64,000 nt of DNA, taken from contig OY762209.1 in assembly GCA_963665295.1 (NCBI GenBank), forward strand, positions 4,832,001 through 4,896,000. Direction: 5' to 3'. The notes under the pieces are model-generated. The model was not told the DNA's origin. It worked only from the letters and a program-made list of their open reading frames with translations, and did not search any database. Both the position numbers and the translations under genes were made by a program. Of the stretch, positions 18,544-28,007 are shown one piece after another. How positions within the stretch are numbered: position 1 is the first letter of the stretch; every line of letters begins with the position of its first letter. Origin of the DNA: Syntrophorhabdaceae bacterium (lineage in GTDB: Bacteria; Desulfobacterota; Syntrophorhabdia; Syntrophorhabdales; Syntrophorhabdaceae).

Positions 18544-20163
18544 ATGCTCACCTTCCTCAAGGTGAAGGATTTTGCCATAATCGACGAACTCGGCATAGAG
18601 TTTGAAGAAGGGTTGCTCGTGATCACGGGCGAGACAGGGGCGGGAAAGTCGATTATCATCAACGCCCTCTCTACCCTGATGAACGCGAAAGCGCCCACTG
18701 ACATGGTGAGGAGCAACACGCCCCAGGCCGAGGTGTCGGGTCATTTCTTTCACGGGGGGGAGGAGTGGGTGATAAAGCGGGTCATCAGCATGGCCGGCAG
18801 ATCGAGGGCTTTTCTCAACGAAGGCCCCGTCACTCTCGCAACACTCGAAGAGACAGGCAGGAAACTGATCAACATATACGGTCAGAACGAGTTCCAGCAC
18901 CTCCTCAATAAGGAAAGGTACATCGACATTATCGACAACCTCCTTTCCCTGACAGGAGAAAGGGAATTCCTGGCCGAGAAGGCAGGCGCCTTCAGGCGCG
19001 TAAAGACGGAACTGGAGAACAGAAAAAGGGAAGCGGAGGGAAGGGAAAAAGAGATCTACCTTCTCGAATTTCAGGTCGAAGAGATCGAGAGGGCGGCAAT
19101 CAAGGTAGGAGAAGAGGAGGATATCAGGGAACGGCTGAAGCTTCTCAAAGACGCGGAAAAGATCAAGGGCACCCTCGGCGTCATGGCTGAGGCCTTCTAC
19201 GAGGGCGACCAGTCCATGCACGTGACGAGCAAAACCTTCCTCAACCTTCTCAAGCCCTTTCTCGCGGTCGAAATCGTTTCGAGGCTGAAGGACCGCATAG
19301 AATCCCTCTCCTTTGAGATCGAAGATATTATGAACGATATCAAGGCAGTAGAAAAGGTTGCCTCCTTTGATCCGGATGAACTTGAAATGCTGGAAGGGAG
19401 GATATCCCAGATATTCCAGTTGAAAAACAAGTACGGAAAGACCTGTGGCGAGATAAACGCCTTCAGGGATACGGCAAAGGAAAGGCTTTCATATCTGTCC
19501 ACCCTTTCTGAAAATATCGTTGAGCTCGAAAAAGAGCGGACCCTCCTCGAAGAGGAGGTAAGCAGGCTCGCCCTCGACCTTTCACGGAAGAGAAAAGAAG
19601 GCGTCACGCCCGTTGAGCAGGCCATTGTCCGGGAACTTGCCCTCCTCTCCATGAAGGGGGCGGCATTCCGTATCGCGGTGACGGATAAGGGCAGTATTGA
19701 CGAGGACGGCGCTGATGAGATAGAACTACTTATCAGCGCAAACCCCGGCGAGCCCCTGAAGCCGTTGAGAAGGGTCGCGTCAGGAGGAGAGTTGTCGCGG
19801 ATCATGCTCGCCATGAAGCGGGTGATCGGCGGCGAGGAGCAGAAAACCCTCGTTTTCGATGAGGTCGATGCGGGCATCGGAGGAAGGGTTGCCGACATGG
19901 TGGGCAAGAGGCTGAAGGGCCTCGCGAAAAAACACCAGGTCATATGCATAACCCACCTTCCCCAGATTGCCGTTTATGGGGACCACCATTATCTCGTCGA
20001 GAAGAACCAAAGAGAAGACGGGACAAAAACAGGGATAAGGAGACTTTCGGCACAGGAGAGGGTTTCCGAGATCGCAAGAATGATGGGCGGAGGAACGATT
20101 ACCGAAAAAACCCTTCAGAGGGCAGAGGAGATGTTGCAAAATGCTGAAAAAGGCATCGATTGA
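18544..20163 (+). CDS. recN: DNA repair protein RecN
   Basis: TGETGAGKS Walker A, SGGE signature, FDEVDAG, ITHLPQ; follows nadK. Confidence 0.95.
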   Translation: MLTFLKVKDFAIIDELGIEFEEGLLVITGETGAGKSIIINALSTLMNAKAPTDMVRSNTPQAEVSGHFFHGGEEWVIKRVISMAGRSRAFLNEGPVTLATLEETGRKLINIYGQNEFQHLLNKERYIDIIDNLLSLTGEREFLAEKAGAFRRVKTELENRKREAEGREKEIYLLEFQVEEIERAAIKVGEEEDIRERLKLLKDAEKIKGTLGVMAEAFYEGDQSMHVTSKTFLNLLKPFLAVEIVSRLKDRIESLSFEIEDIMNDIKAVEKVASFDPDELEMLEGRISQIFQLKNKYGKTCGEINAFRDTAKERLSYLSTLSENIVELEKERTLLEEEVSRLALDLSRKRKEGVTPVEQAIVRELALLSMKGAAFRIAVTDKGSIDEDGADEIELLISANPGEPLKPLRRVASGGELSRIMLAMKRVIGGEEQKTLVFDEVDAGIGGRVADMVGKRLKGLAKKHQVICITHLPQIAVYGDHHYLVEKNQREDGTKTGIRRLSAQERVSEIARMMGGGTITEKTLQRAEEMLQNAEKGID

Positions 20164-20596
20164 AGACGTAAGGAAGATACACGCTCTGGTGAACCAGTCT
20201 GCATCGACCGGGGAGATGCTTGCCAGGTCCCTGGGGGAATTATACGATAACCTCCGCGATTATTTCGTATACATGGAAGACGACGGGGTGGTCCTCGGCA
20301 CGTGCGCCCTTCATATCTGCTGGGAGGATATCGCCGAGATAAGGTCCCTCTGCGTAGTCGATTCGGCCCGGATGAAGGGCATAGGAAGGATGCTCGTCAA
20401 CGCCTGCATCGAAGAGGCGAAGTCGCTTCGGATCAGGAGGGTTTTCCTCCTCACCTATCAGGAACAATTCTTTATCCGGTGCGGTTTTCATGAGGCCGAC
20501 AAGAAGGAGCTGCCCCAGAAGATCTGGTCGGATTGCATAAGGTGTCCGAAGTTTCCGGAGTGCGACGAACTTGCCATGATCATGACCGTACATTGA
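20141..20596 (+). CDS. argA: Short GNAT N-acetyltransferase (N-acetylglutamate synthase-like)
   Basis: AEIRSL, GIGRMLV and LPQKIWSDCIRCPKFPECDE, typical of short ArgA. Confidence 0.75.
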   Translation: MLKKASIEDVRKIHALVNQSASTGEMLARSLGELYDNLRDYFVYMEDDGVVLGTCALHICWEDIAEIRSLCVVDSARMKGIGRMLVNACIEEAKSLRIRRVFLLTYQEQFFIRCGFHEADKKELPQKIWSDCIRCPKFPECDELAMIMTVH

Positions 20597-20655
20597 GGAG
20601 CCCGTCCCGGGGCAGGCACAGGGAAACGGCTCGGAAACGACAAAGGAGCATCACT

Positions 20656-21957
20656 ATGGATATTGAGAGGATCGAAAAGGGCATCAAAGCGGCTTTCGGG
20701 AATTATGAGCTGTTCTTCCTGAAAGAGAGGCTAAAAAAATACGAGAGCAGGAACACGGAACTCTGCGGCGCGGAAGTGAAGGAAGAGATAGGCATTGCCC
20801 TTCGGGCAGTGAAGGACGGCCGGATGGTCTTCTCTTACACCTTCGACGATGAAGAAAGGGCCGTGGCCTCCCTTCTCGACAACGCGACGGCGATCCTTCC
20901 ATTTCTTGAAGAAGATAGAGACAGAGGCTTCCCCGGGCTCTTCACCGCCTACCCGGAAATGAATATCTACGACGGCGAAGGCCTTGCAACGGACGACGCG
21001 GCCAAAACCACCGTGCTCATGGACATGGAGCGCGCAATCCTCAACTTCGATCCGAGGATCAAAACCACGAGAAATTGCGAGCTTCAGGAAGCGGAGATCG
21101 AGGCGACAATCGTCAATTCTCTGGGTATCCGGGCATCGGCGAGGAAGACCCTTTACACCCTCATGGCCATGTGCGTGGCAAAGGACACCGACGAGGCCTC
21201 ATGGTTTGACTGGTCCTGGGCCCATTCATTGCGCGAACTTGACGGCGCCGGGCTCGGCGCTGATATCGCCCGCATGGCAGTTTCCCTCTTATCGAGCACC
21301 CAGCTCGATACGGGGATCTATGAGGGCATTCTCACACCCCAGGCGTCGTGCGACATCCTCGACCTTCTCTCGGAGTCGGTCCTTTCGGAGAACCTCTATA
21401 AAAAGAAGACGCGACTTGCCGACAAGGTGGGAACCAGGTGCTTTTCTCCCCTTTTATCCATTACCGACTCAGGCCTTGCCGGTGTGGAGAGTTTCCCTTT
21501 TGACGGAGAGGGCGTGCCTTCCCGGGAAAACCATGTGGTCAAGGAAGGGTATTTCGAGACATTCCTCTATGACGGGTATTACGGCCGCAAACTTGGCAAA
21601 CCATCGACGGCAAACTCGGTGCGGTCCGGGGTAAAGGACCCGCCACAATGCGCCCCCAGGGGTTTTTTCATCGAGAAAGGTAAGGAAGATCTGAACGACA
21701 GCGCATTCGAAGGGGTAGTCATCGCGGAGCTTATGGGCACCCATACGGCAAACCCCATAACAGGCGACTTCTCTCTCGGCGCGACAGGATACCTGAGAAG
21801 GAACGGGACCGCAACGCCCTTTACCGGGGTAATCCTCTCGGGAAACCTTTTCGACCTCCTGAGAAGCATAAAAGGCGTGGGTTCGGATTTGAAGTTCTAC
21901 GGCTCTCACGGTTCCCCTTCTCTCCATGTTGACGGTCTCAGGATAAGCGGCAGATGA
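20656..21957 (+). CDS. pmbA: TldD/PmbA family protein (PmbA/TldE-like)
   Basis: PFDGEG and NPITGDFS motifs, no HExxH; AGGAG RBS before ATG 20656. Confidence 0.8.
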   Translation: MDIERIEKGIKAAFGNYELFFLKERLKKYESRNTELCGAEVKEEIGIALRAVKDGRMVFSYTFDDEERAVASLLDNATAILPFLEEDRDRGFPGLFTAYPEMNIYDGEGLATDDAAKTTVLMDMERAILNFDPRIKTTRNCELQEAEIEATIVNSLGIRASARKTLYTLMAMCVAKDTDEASWFDWSWAHSLRELDGAGLGADIARMAVSLLSSTQLDTGIYEGILTPQASCDILDLLSESVLSENLYKKKTRLADKVGTRCFSPLLSITDSGLAGVESFPFDGEGVPSRENHVVKEGYFETFLYDGYYGRKLGKPSTANSVRSGVKDPPQCAPRGFFIEKGKEDLNDSAFEGVVIAELMGTHTANPITGDFSLGATGYLRRNGTATPFTGVILSGNLFDLLRSIKGVGSDLKFYGSHGSPSLHVDGLRISGR

Positions 21958-23048
21958 AGATAGGATATTTCATACGGAATATAGGGGTCTCGGGCGGTGT
22001 CAAGATAGTGCTGCAGCATGTGAAGATCCTGAAGGACGCAGGATACGATGTGGCTCTCATGGCCCAGAAGGTGAAGACCGACTGGGACGGTCTGCCGGTG
22101 GAACCCCGGCTTATAAAAGACCAGGACCTGGGCGACATGCCTCAGTGCGATATATATGTGGGTTCCGTACCTACCGACGTAAGCCGGATCCACCGACTGG
22201 GCCGGGGCATTGTCGTTCATCTCTGCCAGGGATACGAACCCGTGGAATACAGGGCGAGGATCGACGGCGAATCGGTCACGGAAAAGTATGCGAGAAAGGG
22301 CGTGTTCGCCCTCTTTGAAAGGTACGCGGATAAGGCGAAGTTCAGGAAGAGGATAAGGGCGATCGAGGCTGTCTACGCCTTGCCCACCAAGAAGGCGGCG
22401 GTTTCGAAGCATCTTCAGGAGCTTATTGAAACCACGTACAAGCAAGAGTGCGCCCTCATACAAAACGGGATCGATACCTCAGTATTCTATCCCGACCGGG
22501 AGAGGGTCTGGGGTAAAGGCGGGAAGATCACCATACTCTCGGTGGGTTCCATGGCCGTGGGCTTCAAGGGCATACCCGACACCCTCAACGCAGTAGCCGC
22601 CCTCAGGCACAAGGGGATCGACATCGAGCTTATCAGGGTCTCTCCGGGACCGCCGTCCGAGCGGGAAAAACAGGAGGGACTGGTGGACCGCTACCTCACG
22701 GGTATAAGGCAGGACGAAATGGCGGCCCTTTACAGGGACGCAGACATATACATCTCCTCTTCCCTCGAGGGGGAAGGGTTCGGGCTGCCGGCCATCGAGG
22801 CCCTCGCCTCGGGCGTGCCCTCCATCCTGACGGAGATATCGACGTACCGGAATTTCAGCGAAGACCGCGATTTCGCCTGGTTTGTCCCTACCCACAGCCC
22901 GGCGCGCATCGCGGAAGGCGTACTCGCTTTCATCGCGGACGGCCGCTTGAGGGAGAGGTGCGTAGCGAAGGGGTTCCCCGTGGCGCAAAGCCATTCTCTC
23001 GAAAGGACGAAACAGGACCTTCTCACCTTTATGAACGGGCTCATGTGA
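21954..23048 (+). CDS. Glycosyltransferase family 4
   Basis: SGGVK N-terminus and EGFGLPAIEALASG motif. Confidence 0.9.
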   Translation: MKIGYFIRNIGVSGGVKIVLQHVKILKDAGYDVALMAQKVKTDWDGLPVEPRLIKDQDLGDMPQCDIYVGSVPTDVSRIHRLGRGIVVHLCQGYEPVEYRARIDGESVTEKYARKGVFALFERYADKAKFRKRIRAIEAVYALPTKKAAVSKHLQELIETTYKQECALIQNGIDTSVFYPDRERVWGKGGKITILSVGSMAVGFKGIPDTLNAVAALRHKGIDIELIRVSPGPPSEREKQEGLVDRYLTGIRQDEMAALYRDADIYISSSLEGEGFGLPAIEALASGVPSILTEISTYRNFSEDRDFAWFVPTHSPARIAEGVLAFIADGRLRERCVAKGFPVAQSHSLERTKQDLLTFMNGLM

Positions 23049-23950
23049 CGGACCGGCCGAGCAAAGTGGTATCCATAATAATAGTCAACTACAATACGCG
23101 GGACCTGACGAAAGAGTGTCTCTCGTCGGTGTACGCCCGGACAAAAGGCGTCGATTTTGATGTATACGTCGTGGACAATGCCTCCTCCGACGGCTCCGCC
23201 GACGAGATCGCCCGGGCATTCCCCGCCGTAAAGCTGATACGCAACGAGGAAAACGCGGGTTTCGCGCGGGCCAATAATATGGCCATGAGGGCTTCCACCG
23301 CGGATTACGTCTTTCTCCTCAATTCGGATACGATCCTTGTCAATAACGCGGTGGGAATCTTTTTCGATTTTATGGAACGGGAGGAAAATGCCGCTGTCGG
23401 GTGTTGCGGCGGCAGCCTGTACGACCGGGACATGGCGCCCCAGGTCGCCTGGGGAAACCTCCCATCCCTCAAAGAGACGGCCTTTCAGGTGTTCGGACTG
23501 AAAAAGGTGTTCCCAAGGTATTACAAAGAGAAGCTGCGTACATCGATGGAGAATCGGGACGGTTCGATACGGAAGGTCGGGTATATCGTAGGGGCGGACA
23601 TGTTCATCCGAAGGCGCGCCCTCGACAGGGCGGGCCTCTTCGATGAAGATTTCTTCCTCTATTTCGAGGATACGGAGCTTTCCTTCAGGATGGGGCAAGA
23701 GGGTTTTGCGTCGGTAATCATACCGGACGCGGAAATCATCCATCTGGCGGCCCGGTCCTCTTCCGGCGACTCGAAGGTCGCGAAGATCCGTCTGCGCGAG
23801 AAGAGCAGGCTCCTCTTCTTCAGGAAGTGTTACGGAAAAAAGGTTGCCCACATGGTTAAAATCCTTTATATTACAAAACAAATCCAGCGGCTCCTCTTCA
23901 AGTTCAATAGGAGAAACCTTGAGACCCTCAAGGCCTTGTACAGAGCCTGA
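23045..23950 (+). CDS. Glycosyltransferase family 2
   Basis: SIIIVNYN, VVDNASSDGS, LLNSD and FDEDFFLYFED motifs; GTG start overlapping the upstream TGA. Confidence 0.9.
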   Translation: MTDRPSKVVSIIIVNYNTRDLTKECLSSVYARTKGVDFDVYVVDNASSDGSADEIARAFPAVKLIRNEENAGFARANNMAMRASTADYVFLLNSDTILVNNAVGIFFDFMEREENAAVGCCGGSLYDRDMAPQVAWGNLPSLKETAFQVFGLKKVFPRYYKEKLRTSMENRDGSIRKVGYIVGADMFIRRRALDRAGLFDEDFFLYFEDTELSFRMGQEGFASVIIPDAEIIHLAARSSSGDSKVAKIRLREKSRLLFFRKCYGKKVAHMVKILYITKQIQRLLFKFNRRNLETLKALYRA

Positions 23951-23995
23951 GCCGCTACGCGGTCCTTTGAGGGACCTGGACGGGGTCGTGCAATT

Positions 23996-24649
23996 ATGAC
24001 AAAATTTGATCTCTCGGTGAAGAATCATGGCTATTACGCATACGAACGTAAGGAGATGCTCCCCTACGTCCCGGAATCAGCAAAAAGGGTCCTGGATGTG
24101 GGATGCGGGGCAGGCTTCTTCGGACATGAGGTAAAAAGGATACGGGGCGCGGAAGTATGGGGGGTCGAGATCGATGAAACCGCCGCAGCCACGGCCGTGG
24201 AAAATCTGGACCGGGTGCTCGTGGGAGATATACACCTCCTCATGAGCAGCATCCCGGACGACTATTTCGACTGCGTCACGTTCAACGATGTCCTGGAACA
24301 CCTTGTGGACCCCTATGGCGTCCTCCGGAGAGTGAAGGGCAAACTACGCAAGGGCGGAGTGATAGTCGCCTCCCTGCCCAACATACGCTATCATAAGGTT
24401 CTGAAGGAATTACTTATTCGCAAACAATGGCAATACCGGGACGAAGGGATTCTCGACAAGACCCATCTGAGGTTCTTCACGAAGAACAGCATCATCGATA
24501 TGTTCCGCGACCTTGATTTCCGCATACTGGCCCTTGAAGGGATGAACAAAACGAGATCCCGCAACTTCAAGCTCCTCAACATGGTCCTTTTCGGGTTCCT
24601 CTCCGACGCGCAATATGCGAAGTTCACATGTGTGGCGGAGCCGAAGTGA
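23996..24649 (+). CDS. Class I SAM-dependent methyltransferase (glycan-associated)
   Basis: VLDVGCGAG, DVLEHL and GILDKTHLRFFT motifs. Confidence 0.88.
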   Translation: MTKFDLSVKNHGYYAYERKEMLPYVPESAKRVLDVGCGAGFFGHEVKRIRGAEVWGVEIDETAAATAVENLDRVLVGDIHLLMSSIPDDYFDCVTFNDVLEHLVDPYGVLRRVKGKLRKGGVIVASLPNIRYHKVLKELLIRKQWQYRDEGILDKTHLRFFTKNSIIDMFRDLDFRILALEGMNKTRSRNFKLLNMVLFGFLSDAQYAKFTCVAEPK

Positions 24650-24661
24650 GGCAGCCGGGAG

Positions 24662-25888
24662 CTATCGTCCCGGAGATATGAGACCCGAGACCACCTTGGC
24701 AGCCACAGCGATGCCGTAACGGTTCCAGTGGGAATCGTCCTTCCAATACGTAAACTTGTCCTCTTTCAGGAGTCTCTCCGATTCGGCGATCAGAGGACCC
24801 GTGAGGTCGGTGCATGGAATGTGCCACCTCTCCGATAGGGCCTTTACTGCCTCCCACTGAGCATTGGGCAAAGGCTTCTGATTGCCCGCCGCCAGGAATG
24901 GATAGTAAACGCGGAATTTTGTGGGGATAAAGAAGATGCCCTCTATCCGGTCGCGCACCGGGGGGAAAATGGACATCACCGTCTCGGGGAGCCTGTAAGA
25001 CTCCCTCTCGCTGACAGCCGCATATTCCCTGAAATCGGCCGCTTTGTGCCCTTTGATCGTCAGCGCCCTGGCGGTAAAGGATTTATTGGAGCGCCTGGCT
25101 GCAATGCTGTAGGTGTAGCGGTACAGGACGGTCTCCCTGAAGAAGTGCCTGTATCCTTCGGAGAGGGTCTTAAGGCGGGATTTCTTGGCGAAGTGTCTTC
25201 GCGAAAATGAATCAGGGAAATCGTTGCCTTCAAAAACGAAAAGCAACACCTTAAAATCGTTCCCGTATTTCTTCTGGAAATAGAGGATGAGTTTCACATA
25301 TTCGGGAATGCCGCCCGGATACGCAAGGCTATAGGCGTCAATCCCGTAGCTTTCCTTCAATTGACTCTGGAGGGTATCCTCCTGGCTGTTGCCGCTCCCC
25401 AGGACAAAAGAATCCCCTACCAGCACGTATTTCTGACCTTTGTAGCCCTCATTGTTCCGGAACCCGAGAGCATCCGTCTTAAACCGCATAGTCCTTGGCT
25501 CTATTTCGATATCCTTTTCCCCTCCTACCGCGTAGATATCTCCAAAGGGCATCCGGATCATAACATCGACGTTCTTCCTGTAGCCACCCATCCCCGTGTC
25601 GCTGTTGTAGACCGTAAATCTTTCGTGCTCTCTGTAATAGATTCTGTCGTCGATCTTGATCAGTCCCAGCCCCAGGTTCACGAGGATGGTGGCCATGAGG
25701 AGAGAGCACGCAAGCAGAAGGCCGTTCTTCCATCCCATGATTATATAGGCCGCGAAGAAAAGCGCGAGGAGCACGTAAAAGACGGCATTACCGAGGAAAC
25801 CGTAAAACAGCAGGGTGTGGCAAGTCAGAAGCAGGGGGATGAGGGCCGTCAGGGTCCTTTCAACCCAGTAAGAGAGAGATATTTTCAT
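24662..25888 (-). CDS. Membrane-anchored SGNH-fold protein (AlgX/AlgJ/DltD-like)
   Basis: N-terminal TM helices, VGDSF block I, GND and C-terminal DSHWN. Confidence 0.75.
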   Translation of the reverse strand: MKISLSYWVERTLTALIPLLLTCHTLLFYGFLGNAVFYVLLALFFAAYIIMGWKNGLLLACSLLMATILVNLGLGLIKIDDRIYYREHERFTVYNSDTGMGGYRKNVDVMIRMPFGDIYAVGGEKDIEIEPRTMRFKTDALGFRNNEGYKGQKYVLVGDSFVLGSGNSQEDTLQSQLKESYGIDAYSLAYPGGIPEYVKLILYFQKKYGNDFKVLLFVFEGNDFPDSFSRRHFAKKSRLKTLSEGYRHFFRETVLYRYTYSIAARRSNKSFTARALTIKGHKAADFREYAAVSERESYRLPETVMSIFPPVRDRIEGIFFIPTKFRVYYPFLAAGNQKPLPNAQWEAVKALSERWHIPCTDLTGPLIAESERLLKEDKFTYWKDDSHWNRYGIAVAAKVVSGLISPGR

Positions 25889-26069
25889 ATACCAGTGCCT
25901 AATTACATAAATTAACGATAGTGTTCATCAACTGTGAGCCCTTCACTTTTCTTTTGCCTGTCCCATGGGTGGGGGCCCTTCCAAGGCAGCCGGCACTTGA
26001 TTGCGAAAATCTTTGCCATAGGTCCGCCTCCTGCCAAGATGTTTGCATATATCTTTTATTACTCCAATT

Positions 26070-26215
26070 AAGCACCAGCAACTTTCCTGTCGGTCTTTCT
26101 ATTGGAATAGGGACCCGCAAACAGGATAGCAGAATTGGGGCAAGATGCACAAGATATATATCTTGAGACTTCGGGATAGGGCATCTCATACTCGGACCAG
26201 GAGTAAAGAGATGGC
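26070..26215 (-). pseudogene. Possible degenerate remnant of an alkaline-phosphatase-superfamily C-terminus
   Basis: Translation GP...DIYLVHLAPILLSCLRVPIPIERPTGKLL resembles the conserved D[IL]APTIL..LG.PIP..MDGK.L tail. Confidence 0.3.
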
Positions 26216-26349
26216 TCCAGGAGCGTTTAAAGAGGGCGCTACCCGGCAACAGCCGTCAGAGAGGGGTTGTGACGTCAGTCTCGTGTTGACACTTATTAAC
26301 AAAATTATGTAATAATATGGCTCGGCTTTGACGGGAAAGGGCGTCCATA

Positions 26350-27699
26350 ATGAAAAAGATTTGTTTGTTGATCATTGTCAATATTATCGTTGTAGTTTTT
26401 CTGTGTGAGGCGGGTGGCCTAATCTGGTTTTACTCAAAAAATGGTAAATTCTTTTATACACGGTTTCACCAAAGTGGCCAACAAAATATCGAACAAAACA
26501 GGAACACGGCTAATGTTCCCCATCAGAGCAACACAATCAACACAATTTTGCACCCTTACTGGGGCTTTATAACGCGTCCGGGACTAGCGCTAAGAGAGTA
26601 TCTGCCAAGAGAACGGCTGGATTGTCTTGTGGGCCCGGGGGTAACTCCGGACTGGCTGGATCTTGCGGTGAATGAATATGGATTCTATTCAAAAACAACT
26701 TACCCGTATTCCCCTCAAAAGAACGAGTTTGTTATCGGGATTTTTGGTGGTTCTGTGGCGCACTGGTTCAGGTTGCAGGGAAGCAAAACACTTATTGAAC
26801 ATCTCCAAAAACATCCGCTGTTACGCAACAAAGTGATTAAAGTATTGAGCTTTGCTCAGGGGGCTTTTAAACAGCCTCAACAACTGCAAATTCTGACTTA
26901 TTTCCTCGCAAGAGGGCAGCATTTTGATTTTGTGATTAATATTGATGGATTTAACGAAGTCGCATTATCCCATCTTAACTACCAGAGTGGCATTGAATTG
27001 TCTATGCCAAGCAGCCAGGAAATTCTCCCAATTGCCAACATCGTCAATCAGGGGAACGTTGATGTTGAACGCTTGGCAGCCCTTTTGCAGATAGCGAAAA
27101 CAAAGCAGGCGGTACAAAACATCAAGAATAGAATGGAACGAAATTACTCTGCGGGGTTGAACCTATTTTTTTCAGCAGTATCCCATTACAGGGAAACGGA
27201 GTACATAAAGGCTGTAATAAAAGGGGATACCATGAATAGAAAGCCGGCCATCGATTCCCGCGCATCAATTATACAGATTAATCGTTTATCCCAATCTACA
27301 ACCTCAAAGAATGAATTCGAGTCCATGGCCCAATTTTGGGCACGATGCTCAATTTTGATCCAACAATTGTTGGAAAGCCAAGATGTCGGCTATCTCCATG
27401 TTTTACAACCGAATCAATACTTCTCCCGACGTTCTTTCAAGAATGAGGAGCTCTCCGCTATTGACAACGATTCGCCGTATAAGCCGGGCGCGGAACAGGG
27501 CTACCCATTTCTTCTGGGGCAAATTGACAATTTGCAGCGCGCAGGAGTTCATTTTGCGAACCTGACAGGAATTTTCGACATTGAGCCCCGGATCATCTAT
27601 TCCGATTCATGCTGTCATTATAACCAATTAGGGAATGACTTGTTGGCCGCCAAAATTGCGCAAGACATGATCCCGATACTTGATGAGACTATAGAATAA
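26350..27699 (+). CDS. Membrane-anchored SGNH-like protein
   Basis: N-terminal TM, FGGSVA block I, DGFNE, LQP and DSCCHYN; visibly AT-richer than flanks; own TTGACA promoter at 26286. Confidence 0.7.
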   Translation: MKKICLLIIVNIIVVVFLCEAGGLIWFYSKNGKFFYTRFHQSGQQNIEQNRNTANVPHQSNTINTILHPYWGFITRPGLALREYLPRERLDCLVGPGVTPDWLDLAVNEYGFYSKTTYPYSPQKNEFVIGIFGGSVAHWFRLQGSKTLIEHLQKHPLLRNKVIKVLSFAQGAFKQPQQLQILTYFLARGQHFDFVINIDGFNEVALSHLNYQSGIELSMPSSQEILPIANIVNQGNVDVERLAALLQIAKTKQAVQNIKNRMERNYSAGLNLFFSAVSHYRETEYIKAVIKGDTMNRKPAIDSRASIIQINRLSQSTTSKNEFESMAQFWARCSILIQQLLESQDVGYLHVLQPNQYFSRRSFKNEELSAIDNDSPYKPGAEQGYPFLLGQIDNLQRAGVHFANLTGIFDIEPRIIYSDSCCHYNQLGNDLLAAKIAQDMIPILDETIE

Positions 27700-27900
27700 G
27701 CTCGACTTTTAGCCGGCCTTCGACAGTCGTAGGCAAACGAAAGGTCGAGAAAAAGGTCCGGCAACCCATATTGCGCTTTCGCCTTTAATGGGGTCGGCCC
27801 GGAGTTTAGTTTTTCCGGTGATTTGCCCTAAAATAGTTCATCAGGGGCAATTCCGGGGGTCAGAAGAAGAGAGGTGGTGAACGTGGCCGGGATATACCTG

Positions 27901-27929
27901 TTGCAGAAATTGATATTGCAGGGTATAAT
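27901..27929 (+). promoter_or_regulatory. sigma70 promoter of the carbamoyltransferase operon
   Basis: TTGCAG-N17-TATAAT. Confidence 0.6.
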
Positions 27930-28007
27930 GACCCACAAAGATTCGACAGGGTCGTCCGAAATGTCCCGGAGAATTGCCGGGGGCCCCGGATCTTTTCACT
28001 TTTGACC

